Below, in pieces: positions 37,790-49,484 of a DNA stretch of 54,867 bases. Position numbers and translations under genes: made by a program. Numbering within the stretch: position 1 is the stretch's first letter; every line of letters begins with the position of its first letter. The stretch lies in NCBI GenBank assembly GCA_002269645.1, contig NIVC01000410.1:1-54867 (forward strand), in the 5' to 3' direction. Source of the stretch: Macrostomum lignano (lineage: Eukaryota). The notes beneath the pieces were generated by a model, which worked only from the letters and a program-made list of their open reading frames with translations, was not told where the DNA came from and did no database searches.

Positions 37790-40700
37790 TTACGAGAGGT
37801 GCCAATTTGAGGTTACTAGAAGCGCCACTTTAAGGTTACTAGAAGCGCCAGTTTGAGGTTACTAGAAGCGCCAGTTTGAGGTTACTAGAAGCGCCAGTTT
37901 GAGGTTACTAGAAGCGCCACTTTAAGTTTACTAGAAGCGCCAATTTGAGGTTACTAGAAGCGCCAGTTTGAGGTTACTAGAAGCGCCAGTTTGAGGTTAC
38001 TAGAAGCGCCACTTTGAGGTTACTAGAAGCGCCACTTTGAGGTTACTAGAAGCGCCACTTTGAGGTTACTAGAAGCGCCACTTTGAGGTTACTAGAAGCG
38101 CCACTTTGAGGTTACTAGAAGCGCCACTTTAAGGTTACTGGAAGCGCCACTTTGAGATTACTAGAAGCGCCAGTTTGAGGTTACTAGAAGCGCCAGTTTG
38201 AGGTTACTAGAAGCGCCACTTTAAGTTTACTAAAAGCGCCAATTTGAGGTTACTAGAAGCGCCACTTTAAGGTTACTAGAAGCGCCAGTTTAAGTTTACT
38301 AGAAGCGCCACTTTGAGGTTACTAGAAGCGCCAATTTGAGGTTACTAGAAGCGCCACTTTGAGGTTACTAGAAGCGCCAGTTTGAGGTTACTAGAAGCGC
38401 CACTTTGAGATTACTAGAAGCGCCACTTTAAGTTTACTAGAAGCGCCAGTTTGAGGTTACTGGAAGCGCCACTTTAAGGTTACTAGAAGCGCCACTTTAA
38501 GGTTACTAGAAGCGCCACTTTATGGTTACTAGAAGCGCCACTTTGAGGTTACTAGAAGCGCCAGTTTGAGGTTACTAGAAACGCCACTTTGAGGTTACTA
38601 GAAGCGCCACTTTGAGGTTACTAGAAGCGCCAGTTTGAGGTTACTAGAAGCGCCACTTTGAGGTTACTGGAAGCGCCACTTTGAGGTTACTAGAAGCACC
38701 ACTTTGAGGTTACTAGAAGCGCCACTTTGAGGTTACTAGAAGCACCACTTTGAGATTACTAGAAGCGCCACTTTGACGTTACTGGAAGCGCCACTTTGAG
38801 GTTACTAGAAGCACCACTTTGAGGTTACTAGAAGCGCCACTTTAAGTTTACTAGAAGCGCCACTTTGAGGTTACTAGAAGCACCACTTTGAGGTTACTGG
38901 AAGCGCCACTTTGAGGTTACTAGAAGCGCCACTTTGAGGTTACTAGAAGCGCCACTTTAAGTTTACTAAAAGCGCCACTTTGAGGTTACTAGAAGCGCCA
39001 GTTTGAGGTTATTGGAAGCGCCACTTTAAGGTTACTAGAAGCGCCACTTTAAGGTTACTAGAAGCGCCACTTTATGGTTACTAGAAGCGCCAGTTTGAGG
39101 TTACTAGAAGCGCCAGTTTAAGGTTACTAGAAGCGCCATTTTAAGGTTACTAGAAGCGCCACTTTGAGGTTACTAGAAGCGCCACTTTGAGGTTACTAGA
39201 AGCGCCAGTTTGAGGTTACTAGAAGCGCCACTTTGAGGTTACTAGAAGCGCCAGTTTGAGGTTACTAGAAGCGCCAGTTTGAGGTTACTAGAAGCGCCAG
39301 TTTGAGGTTACTAGAAGCGCCAATTTGAGGTTACTAGAAGCGCCAGTTTGAGGTTAATAGAAGCGCCAGTTTGAGGTTACTAGAAGCACCACTTTGAGGT
39401 TACTAGAAGCACCACTTTGAGGTTACTAGAAGCGCCACTTTAAAGTTACTGGAAGCGCCACTTTAAGTTTACTAGAAGCGCCACTTTAAGTTTACTAGAA
39501 GCGCCAGTTTGAGGTTACTAGAAGCGCCACTTTAAGTTTACTAGAAGCGCCAGTTTGAGGTTACTAGAAGCGCCACTTTAAGTTTACTAGAAGCGCCAGT
39601 TTGAGGTTACTAGAAGCGCCACTTTAAGTTTACTAGAAGCGCCAGTTTGAGGTTACTAGAAGCGCCACTTTAAGTTTACTAGAAGCGCCAGTTTGAGGTT
39701 ACTAGAAGCGCCAGTTTGAGGTTACTAGAAGCACCACTTTGAGGTTACTAGAAGCGCCACTTTGAGGTTACTAGAAGCTCCACTTTAAGGTTACTAGAAG
39801 CGCCAGTTTGAGGTTACTAGAAGCGCCAGTTTAAGGTTACTAGAAGCGCCACTTTAAGGTTACTAGAAGCGCCACTTTATGGTTACTAGAAGCGCCACTT
39901 TGAGGTTACTAGAAGCGCCAGTTTGAGGTTACTAGAAGCGCCAGTTTAAGGTTACTAGAAGCGCCATTTTAAGGTTACTAGAAGCGCCACTTTGAGGTTA
40001 CTAGAAGCGCCACTTTAAGGTTACTGGAAGCGCCACTTTAAGTTTACTAGAAGCGCCACTTTAAGTTTACTAGAAGCGCCAGTTTGAGGTTACTAGAAGC
40101 GCCACTTTAAGTTTACTAGAAGCGCCAGTTTGAGGTTACTAGAAGCGCCACTTTAAGTTTACTAGAAGCGCCACTTTGAGGTTACTAGAAGCGCCACTTT
40201 AAGGTTACTGGAAGCGCCACTTTAAGTTTACTAGAAGCGCCACTTTAAGTTTACTAGAAGCGCCAGTTTGAGGTTACTAGAAGCGCCACTTTAAGTTTAC
40301 TAGAAGCGCCAGTTTGAGGTTACTAGAAGCGCCACTTTAAGTTTACTAGAAGCGCCAGTTTGAGGTTACTAGAAGCGCCACTTTAAGTTTACTAGAAGCG
40401 CCAGTTTGAGGTTACTAGAAGCGCCACTTTAAGTTTACTAGAAGCGCCAGTTTGAGGTTACTAGAAGCGCCAGTTTGAGGTTACTAGAAGCGCCACTTTG
40501 AGGTTACTAGAAGCGCCACTTTGAGGTTACTAGAAGCTCCACTTTAAGGTTACTAGAAGCGCCAGTTTGAGGTTACTAGAAGCGCCAGTTTAAGGTTACT
40601 AGAAGCGCCACTTTAAGGTTACTAGAAGCGCCACTTTATGGTTACTAGAAGCGCCACTTTGAGGTTACTAGAAGCGCCAGTTTGAGGTTACTAGAAGCGC

Positions 40701-41525
40701 CAGTTTAAGGTTACTAGAAGCGCCATTTTAAGGTTACTAGAAGCGCCACTTTGAGGTTACTAGAAGCGCCACTTTGAGGTTACTAGAAGCGCCAGTTTGA
40801 GGTTACTAGAAGCGCCAGTTTGAGGTTACTAGAAGCGCCAGTTTGAGGTTACTAGAAGCGCCAGTTTGAGGTTACTAGAAGCGCCAGTTTGAGGTTACTA
40901 GAAGCGCCACTTTGAGGTTACTAGAAGCGCCAGTTTGAGGTTACTAGAAGCGCCAGTTTGAGGTTACTAGAAGCGCCAGTTTGAGGTTACTAGAAGCGCC
41001 AGTTTGAGGTTACTAGAAGCGCCAGTTTGAGTTTACTAGAAGCGCCACTTTGAGGTTACTAGAAGCGCCACTTTGAGGTTACTAGAAGCGCCATTTTAAG
41101 GTTACTAGAAGCGCCACTTTGAGGTTACTAGAAGCGCCACTTTGAGATTACTAGAAGCGCCACTTTAAGTTTACTAGAAGCGCCAGTTTGAAGTTACTAG
41201 AAGAGCCACTTTAAGGTTACTAGAAGCGCCACTTTAAGGTTACTAGAAGCGCCACTTTAAGGTTACTAGAAGCGCCACTTTGAGGTTACTAGAAGCGCCA
41301 CTTTAAGTTTACTAGAAGCGCCAGTTTGAAGTTACTAGAAGCGCCACTTTAAGGTTACTAGAAGCGCCACTTTGAGGTTACTAGAAGCGCCACTTTGAGG
41401 TTACTAGAAGCGCCACTTTGAGGTTACTAGAAGCGCCACTTTAAGTTTACTAGAAGCGCCAGTTTGAGGTTACTGGAAGCGCCAGTTTAAGGTTACTAGA
41501 AGCGCCAGTTTGAGGTTACTAGAAT
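37790..41525. repeat. 23-bp satellite ACTAGAAGCGCCACTTTGAGGTT, ~160 copies
   Basis: Direct inspection. Confidence 0.99.
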
Positions 41526-42394
41526 CTTGCTATCTTTCTAATAACCATAGAAAATTTTACTGCAGTCAAGGAAAGAAGCTCACCTGAATTTGACTTCTTA
41601 TCCTTCGAGTTGTATTTCGACTAGGAACTTTTCCGTGTTTCACTTTACTTACTTATACAGTGGGCCCGTGTCCACTGAAGTGGACTGCTGCAATCGGAAC
41701 TAGTATTTAAGGGGAAGGTTTGGGAGTTTGACCAGAACCTCCAATAGCCTCGCCATTGGGCCTTAGAAGCAAAGGGAGATTTCTCTGTCATTGGGGAAGA
41801 GGTTGTGTCAGCCCGCACATCCCATTTCTGTCCTGGAGAGGCAGTTCTGGAGGGATTTGGGAAAGAAAACTTGACCTCCTGGCTAGATGAAAACAGCTGG
41901 GATGCATGAATGTCAGAAAAAAATGAAAAGATTTTCCAATAGGAGAACTGTAATTTGTAGGGCCTTAAAATCTGCAATAATCTGCTTCAAGCTGCTAAAA
42001 GTCATCATTTGAGATCGACAGTCGATCATCTTTGCTTGTAGAATTCTTTAAATACGTGACTTCGTGTGAATTGCTTGACATAGTCCAGACATAACAAGAG
42101 CACAAAATGATTGAGCTGTGAAGTGCACTTGGGGACACGGAGGGACACTGAGGGAAGATAAAAAGATCAGATATAGAATTTCAAAGAAACGAAGGTCAAA
42201 GAGAAATCGCTAGAAAGTGGATGAGATGTGCAAAGGCTGCAGAGAGAGAAAGAGGGGGGCAGAGTGGGAAGGAAGTGTGAGAGAGAGGAGAAGGGTAGAG
42301 ACAGAAAAGATAGTTATGCAGATGGTAGAAGAGAGAGGGAGAGACAGAAAAGGAGAGGGGTGTGGGATAGGGACAGATGTTGAGATAGGGAGAA

Positions 42395-43425
42395 AGACGG
42401 GTGAGATAGGGTGAGAGAGAGAGAGGGGTGAGATAAGTGGGGAGACGGTGAGAGAGAGAGAGGGGTGAGATAAGTGGGGAGACGGTGAGATAGAGAGAGA
42501 GGCGGGTGAGATAATCTAGAGAGGGGGGATAGAGAGAGAGGCGGTGAGATAATCTAGAGAGGGGGGATAGGGAGAGAGGCGGTGAGATAATGTAGGAGAG
42601 GGTGAGATAGGGAGAGAGGCCGTGAGATAATCTAGAGAGGGTGAGATAGGGAGAGAGGCGGTGAGATAACGTAGAGAGGGGGGATAGGGAGAGAGGCGGT
42701 GAGATAATCTAGAGAGGGGGGATAGGGAGAGAGGCGGTGAGATAATGTAGGAGAGGGTGAGATAGGGAGAGAGGCCGTGAGATAATCTAGAGAGGGTGAG
42801 ATAGGGAGAGAGGCGGTGAGATAATGTAGAGAGGGGGGATAAGGAGAGAGGCGGTGAGATAATGTAGAGAGGGGGGATAGGGAGAGAGACCGTGAGATAA
42901 TGTAGGAGAGGGTGAGATAGGGAGAGAGGCCGTGAGATAATGTAGGAGAGGGTGAGATAGGGAGAGAGGCCGTGAGATAATGTAGGAGAGGGGGGATAGG
43001 GAGAGAGGCCGTGAGATAATGTAGGAGAGGGGGGATAGGGAGAGAGGCGATGAGATAATGTAGAGAGGGGGATAGGGAGAGAGGCGGTGAGATAATCTAG
43101 AGAGGGGGGATAGGGAGAGAGGCCGTGAGATAATGTAGGAGAGGGGGGATAGGGTGAGAGGCGGTGAGATAATGTAGGAGAAGGTGAGATGGGAGAGAGG
43201 CGGTGAGATAATGTAGGAGAAGGTGAGATGGGAGAGAGGCGGTGAGATAATGTAGGAGAAGGTGAGATGGGAGAGAGGCGGTGAGATAATGTAGGAGAAG
43301 GTGAGATGGGAGAAAGAAGGGTGAGATAGGGTGAGAGAGAGAGAGGGATGAGATAAGTGAGGAGAGGGTGAAATAGGGAGAGAGGCGGTGAGATAAGGAA
43401 ATAGAGGGTGAGATGGGGAGATGGG
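42395..43425. repeat. ~36-38-bp purine-rich minisatellite GGGAGAGAGGCGGTGAGATAATGTAGAGAGGGGGGATA
   Basis: Direct inspection. Confidence 0.93.
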
Positions 43426-43877
43426 GAGATTAACAAAAATATGAATACATCAGATTGTGCCAGACTAATGTTTCTCAAAAACATTCCTCAGCTGACCAGA
43501 GAATTGATCAACTCCCACCAAAAGCAGAGCTTAATTTGTCGGACAAGCCAGTCACCCCCACCCTTGTTGCTAGTACAATTCCTACTTAGTACGAGATTAG
43601 AATGCCTCTCGAGAGTTAATTAACATACCCGGATAACAGGACTCTTATCTGGTTGTCGTGACAAAGTCGCAAAGTCAATCCAGCTCAATCTTGTTGCAGA
43701 ATGTTATTCCCCAGCCTAATCTTGTCTGATGTACTCAAACAGCATTAAGGCGCAGCTTGCTGTGTCAGCTCTCAAATCCCCCCGCGCACACAAGCTCAAA
43801 TATCGAGTTCCTATTCATGGATCACCAAATATTGTATCTGAATTGGAAACTAAGCGCTACTTAAGCCAGATACCATG

Positions 43878-44375
43878 GCATCTCAACAACCCCCCCCCCA
43901 ATTTGAGCCATGGCATCTCAGCAACTCCCTCCCCCCACTTGAGCCATGGCATCTCAGCAACTCCCCCACTTGAGCCATGGCATCTCAGCAACTCCCCCAC
44001 TTGAGCCATGGCATCTCAGCAACTCCCGCACTTGAGCCATGGCATCTCAGCAACTCTCCCACTTGAGCCATGGCATCTCAGCAACTCCCCCACTTGAGCC
44101 ATGGCATCTCAGCAACTCCCCCACTTGAGCCATGGCATCTCAGCAACTCCCCCACTTGAGCCATGGCATCTCAGCAACTCCCCCACTTGAGCCATGGCAT
44201 CTCAGCAACTCCCCCACTTGAGCCATGGCATCTCAGCAACTCCCGCACTTGAGCCATGGCTTCTCAGCAACTCCCCCACTTGAGCCATGGCATCTCAGCA
44301 ACCCCCCTCCCCCCAGTTGAGCCATGGCATCTCAGCAACCCCCTCCCCCAGTTGAGCCATGGCATCTCAGCAACT
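43878..44375. repeat. 31-bp repeat TTGAGCCATGGCATCTCAGCAACTCCCCCAC, ~16 copies
   Basis: Direct inspection. Confidence 0.96.
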
Positions 44376-44902
44376 TCCCTGTGAGCATTTTCTTTCAATA
44401 GAAAGAGAAATCCTTTCAGAAAAATACCAATGTTGAATAGGACTAAGAACGTCTGCACTGTACAAGGAGCTTCAATAAAGTGGTGAATATGTTGTAAACT
44501 ATTTATAAAAGTCCATTTTCCTACTTATTTGCACTAAAATCAATAATTGAAGCAGACTTCAAACCAGCCAGTTCTGTTCTAGAAGTCCTCATTTGTATTC
44601 GTCTTCCAGCTTCGTCCTACATCAGTGAGTCGATATCTAATTCCCAAAAATATGCGACCCTTCCAAGCAGAATAACTCAATCAGTTGCGGGACTTCGAGC
44701 TGTCAGTCTGTCTGGATGGAGAGTTAGGGCTTCTGCACCCCTCTGTGCGAGCCCGCATTGGCACTGCAATGGCTGCTCTGCATCGTCCATTCTATTCTTC
44801 ATCAAATATTGTAGAATAGTGCTGATATGGAAAACGGGAATTTACCGTACAAGCACGTGTGTTGAATGAATACGTGAGATTTGGATTATTAATAAAGGAA
44901 TG

Positions 44903-45924
44903 GGAATGGATTGCTAATCTAGCCAATCACAGATCAATTGGAATAGAATGGATTGCTAATCTAGCCAATCACAGATCAATTGGAATAGAATGGATTGCTA
45001 ATCTAGCCAATCACAGATCAATTGGAATAGAATGGATTGCTAATCTAGCCAATCACAAATCAATTGGAATAGAATGGATTGCTAATCTAGCCAATCACAA
45101 ATCAATTGGAATAGAATGGATTGCTAATCTAGCCAATCACAAATCAATTGGAATAGAATGGATTGCTAATCTAGCCAATCACAAATCAATTGGAATAGAA
45201 TGGATTGCTAATCTAGCCAATCACAAATCAATTGGAATAGAATGGATTGCTAATCTAGCCAATCACAAATCAATTGGAATAGAATGGATTGCTAATCTAG
45301 CCAATCACAGATCAATTGGAATAAAATGGATTGCTAATCTAGCCAATCACAAATCAATTGGAACAGAATGGATTGCTAATCTAGCCAATCACAGATCAAT
45401 TGGAATAGAATGGATTGCTAATCTAGCCAATCACAAATCAATTGGAATAGAATGGATTGCTAATCTAGCCAATCACAGATCAATTGGAATAGAATGGATT
45501 GCTAATCTAGCCAATCACAAATCAATTGGAATAGAATGGATTGCTAATCTAGCCAATCACAAATCAATTGGAATAGAATGGATTGCTAATCTAGCCAATC
45601 ACAAATCAATTGGAATAGAATGGATTGCTAATCTAGCCAATCACAGATCAATTGGAATAGAATGGATTGCTAATCTAGCCAATCACAGATCAATTGGAAT
45701 AGAATGGATTGCTAATCTAGCCAATCACAAATCAATTGGAATAGAATGGATTGCTAATCTAGCCAATCACAGATCAATTGGAATAGAATGGATTGCTAAT
45801 CTAGCGAATCACAGATCAATTGGAATAGAATGGATTGCTAATCTAGCCAATCACAAATCAATTGGAATAGAATGGATTGCTAATCTAGCCAATCACAAAT
45901 CAATTGGAATAGAATGGATTGCTA
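44903..45924. repeat. 42-bp repeat GAATGGATTGCTAATCTAGCCAATCACA(A/G)ATCAATTGGAATA, ~24 copies
   Basis: Direct inspection; nearly invariant units. Confidence 0.98.
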
Positions 45925-46379
45925 CTCCAGCATATTGAATAAAAATGGAAATCTTTATCGTTCATTCATCGCATCGTAAATTTTTCAATAAGTGCATCAA
46001 ATTTGTGTGCCTTTTTTGTGCAGCGCATGATTGGCAGGCCGTCAGGATCTCCGTTCTCCAATAGAAAGTAAAAAGTGATTTCTAGAAAGCAACGCAAAGA
46101 TGGATGCAGAGAAGGAAGCGAAGGAAAGCGAAGGAAAGTAACGAGTATAGCAGAGGAAACTGCAGCTTGAGGTCACCGGGATGTGAAAAGGCTGGTAACA
46201 GCATTGCTAACTATATGAGTGCAAATGGGGGCGTGACCGAGGGGAAGTGCTGGAGACGGTGGCTCTCAACTTTCCTTAGATACATTGCTGGGTTCTAAAG
46301 AATATTATAGTATTTTATTTATGGAGAATTTATATCTTAAAATTGAGCTGGCTGGCTGAATTACCTTGCCTTGAAAGAC

Positions 46380-47720
46380 GCTTTAGCACCAGGGGCTTTA
46401 GCACCAGGGGCTTTAGCACCAGGGGCTTTAGCACCAGGGGCTTTAGCACCAGGGGCTTTAGCACCAGGGGCTTTAGCACCAGGGGCTTTAGCACCAGGGC
46501 TTTAGCACCAGGGGCTTTAGCACCAGGGGCTTTAGCACCAGGGGCTTTAGCACCAGGGGCTTTAGCACCAGGGCTTTAGCACCAGGGGCTTTAGCACCAG
46601 GGGCTTTAGCACCAGGGGCTTTAGCACCAGGGGCTTTAGCACCAGGGCTTTAGCACCAGGGGCGCCAGCACCAGGGTCGCCAGCACCAGGGGCGCCAGCA
46701 CCAGGGGCGCCAGCACCAGGGGCGCCAGCACCAGGGGCGCCAGCACCAGGGGCGCCAGCACCAGGGGCGCCAGCACCAGGGGCGCCAGCACCAGGGGCGC
46801 CAGCACCAGGGGCGCCAGCACCAGGGGCGCCAGCACCAGGGGCGCCAGCACCAGGGGCGCCAGCACCAGGGGCGCCAGCACCAGGGGCGCCAGCACCAGG
46901 GGCGCCAGCACCAGGGGCGCCAGCACCAGGGGCGCCAGCACCAGGGGCGCCAGCACCAGGGGCGCCAGCACCAGGGGCGCCAGCACCAGGGGCGCCAGCA
47001 CCAGGGGCGCCAGCACCAGGGGCGCCAGCACCAGGGGCGCCAGCACCAGGGTCGCCAGCACCAGGGGCGCCAGCACCAGGGGCGCCAGCACCAGGGGCGC
47101 CAGCACCAGGGGCGCCAGCACCAGGGGCGCCAGCACCAGGGGCGCCAGCACCAGGGGCGCCAGCACCAGGGGCGCCAGCACCAGGGGCGCCAGCACCAGG
47201 GGCGCCAGCACCAGGGGCGCCAGCACCAGGGGCGCCAGCACCAGGGGCGCCAGCACCAGGGGCGCCAGCACCAGGGGCGCCAGCACCAGGGGCGCCAGCA
47301 CCAGGGGCGCCAGCACCAGGGGCGCCAGCACCAGGGGCGCCAGCACCAGGGGCGCCAGCACCAGGGGCGCCAGCACCAGGGGCGCCAGCACCAGGGGCGC
47401 CAGCACCAGGGGCGCCAGCACCAGGGGCGCCAGCACCAGGGGCGCCAGCACCAGGGGCGCCAGCACCAGGGGCGCCAGCACCAGGGGCGCCAGCACCAGG
47501 GGCGCCAGCACCAGGGGCGCCAGCACCAGGGGCGCCAGCACCAGGGGCGCCAGCACCAGGGGCGCCAGCACCAGGGGCGCCAGCACCAGGGGCGCCAGCA
47601 CCAGGGGCGCCAGCACCAGGGGCGCCAGCACCAGGGGCGCCAGCACCAGGGGCGCCAGCACCAGGGGCGCCAGCACCAGGGGCGCCAGCACCAGGGGAAC
47701 CAGCACCAGGGGCGCCAGCA
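46380..47720. repeat. 15-bp GC-rich satellite with two domains (GCACCAGGGGCTTTA, then GCACCAGGGGCGCCA), ~90 copies
   Basis: Direct inspection; the unit type switches at ~46655. Confidence 0.99.
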
Positions 47721-49484
47721 ACAAGGACTCCAGCTTTCATCAATCGTCGAGTATTATTGCAAACGTCTATACAGCATCCTGCCGCAGTTTTTGCCGATCA
47801 AAACTGGCGCTTTTCACCCAAATCGACGCAAGATAAGTGCATATTTACGAGCCAAATTCCTTACTGATTCTTTTCAACGCGCCCACCATGCCATCCTATT
47901 AATTAGAAAGTACATTCCAGTCAGGTTAAAGCAATTATAGCAGCAGCAGACGCAAATCCCTTACCCAAAGCGGCACTGGAGATGGCCATTGTGCAAACAA
48001 GACAGTCTGTCAGGAAATGCAGCAGCAGAAGCAGGCAGATAGAAACAGAAGCGGGGGTAGGAGCCAGCCTGGCACAGCTGTCAAAGTTGGGCCGACCCTG
48101 CGAAACAGGCTGAAAGATTCTCAGCTATTGACAAGGCCCTTTCTTCACGCGTGACTGCAGTGCATATCCAGCATAGAAATCTTAATATCGTCTCACTCCC
48201 ACCATGCAGTTTAGTAGGCAAGGATGAGCGAGTCGAGTTGCCTTCCTCGATTTTCGAGCGGCTGTTGACCATGCAACAAACTACCTAAGCTACCTAATAA
48301 AAGGGCAAATTTCCAGAGACAAATATGGATTTCTTCTTTCTCACGCTTCTTCCACGACTGGCTGACGGAGTAGAAAAATGATTGCCTTAATCCTGCACAA
48401 CCGAGTACGAGCTGTTGCAGGAATTTGCTGTAGGCATTCGCATGCAGATAATTCTGTCTGAAGGGCCAGCCTAATTCCCCTCAGTCCTAATCCAGAATCG
48501 AATCAGAGAAACGTCCAGAATTCTACCACGCCTCAGGCAAGACCCACACCAAGAGACCCTGACCATTACAACTATTCGATAGTGTGTCAACAGACCTAAC
48601 AGCATGATTTATCCGAAAATCTAAAAGCCTAACCGAAAAGAATTCTCATGCAATCAACAAAGGATCTGCCCGAAGAATTTAAGAATCTACCCGAGAATCT
48701 ACCATGAACATACCGGCAAACTACTGAAGGATCTCTCCAAAAACCTACTGAGAAAACACTATGAAAACTACTGGAAGATGTGCCTAAAAACCTACTGATA
48801 AATAGCCTGGAAACTACCAGTGGATCTTCCCAAAACTATGTCCAAGAACCTACCGAGATTATATCCTGGAAGCTAGCCTCTGTAGCGTTGTAGATTTAAT
48901 TACCGTAGTTTACTAGATGATATATTTTGTTTATTTATTTAATGTTATGATTAGCTGTATTTAATTTCAACAAAAGTATGTGTATTTAAAATGATTCTTT
49001 AATTTTTGCTATACCATATGCTTCCAAGAATTTGTATGGTATTTAAACCGCGTGTAGAATTCAATTGTTATACCTCGTCTCGCGCCGCCCTCCTGATCGG
49101 TTCAAGCTGTATTTCTATTAGTCATATTTTTACTCCTTTAGTTAGTGTTTGTTAAACTGTTAAATTATTAAAAATAAATATAATCGTAATAAAATTAGCC
49201 CTCTGTACTCGAACTAAAATCCGCTACACCTCAAAGCTACCTGACGATATATATGCAACCTTCACTTCCTGCAGGGCTCTTTTTAGCATGATTTTTATAG
49301 TATAAATTCAATCTAGTACATTATTTGATTAATTCTAGAAGTAGTTTATATATATTTTGTTTAAATAAACGGTAGTATTGCACAAAACAAATTTAAAATC
49401 ACTAGTGTTTTGTTATTTCAGTTGAAACGATTAACTATTCAGTGTGAAATTTTAGGATAAATATCGTTTACTACAATTCATGCT

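Noticed and set aside
44859-45938. 359-aa IEWIANLANHKSIG repeat ORF
   Set aside because: The unit length is a multiple of 3 with no stop by chance; no ATG start or unique domain.
46562-47743. GAPGA elastin/silk-like 393-aa ORF
   Set aside because: Translation of a 15-bp satellite with no synonymous variation, no signal peptide and no splice context.
47760-49470. Short ORFs and weak repeats between the satellite block and DUF7802 A
   Set aside because: No coherent exon chain or recognisable domain.
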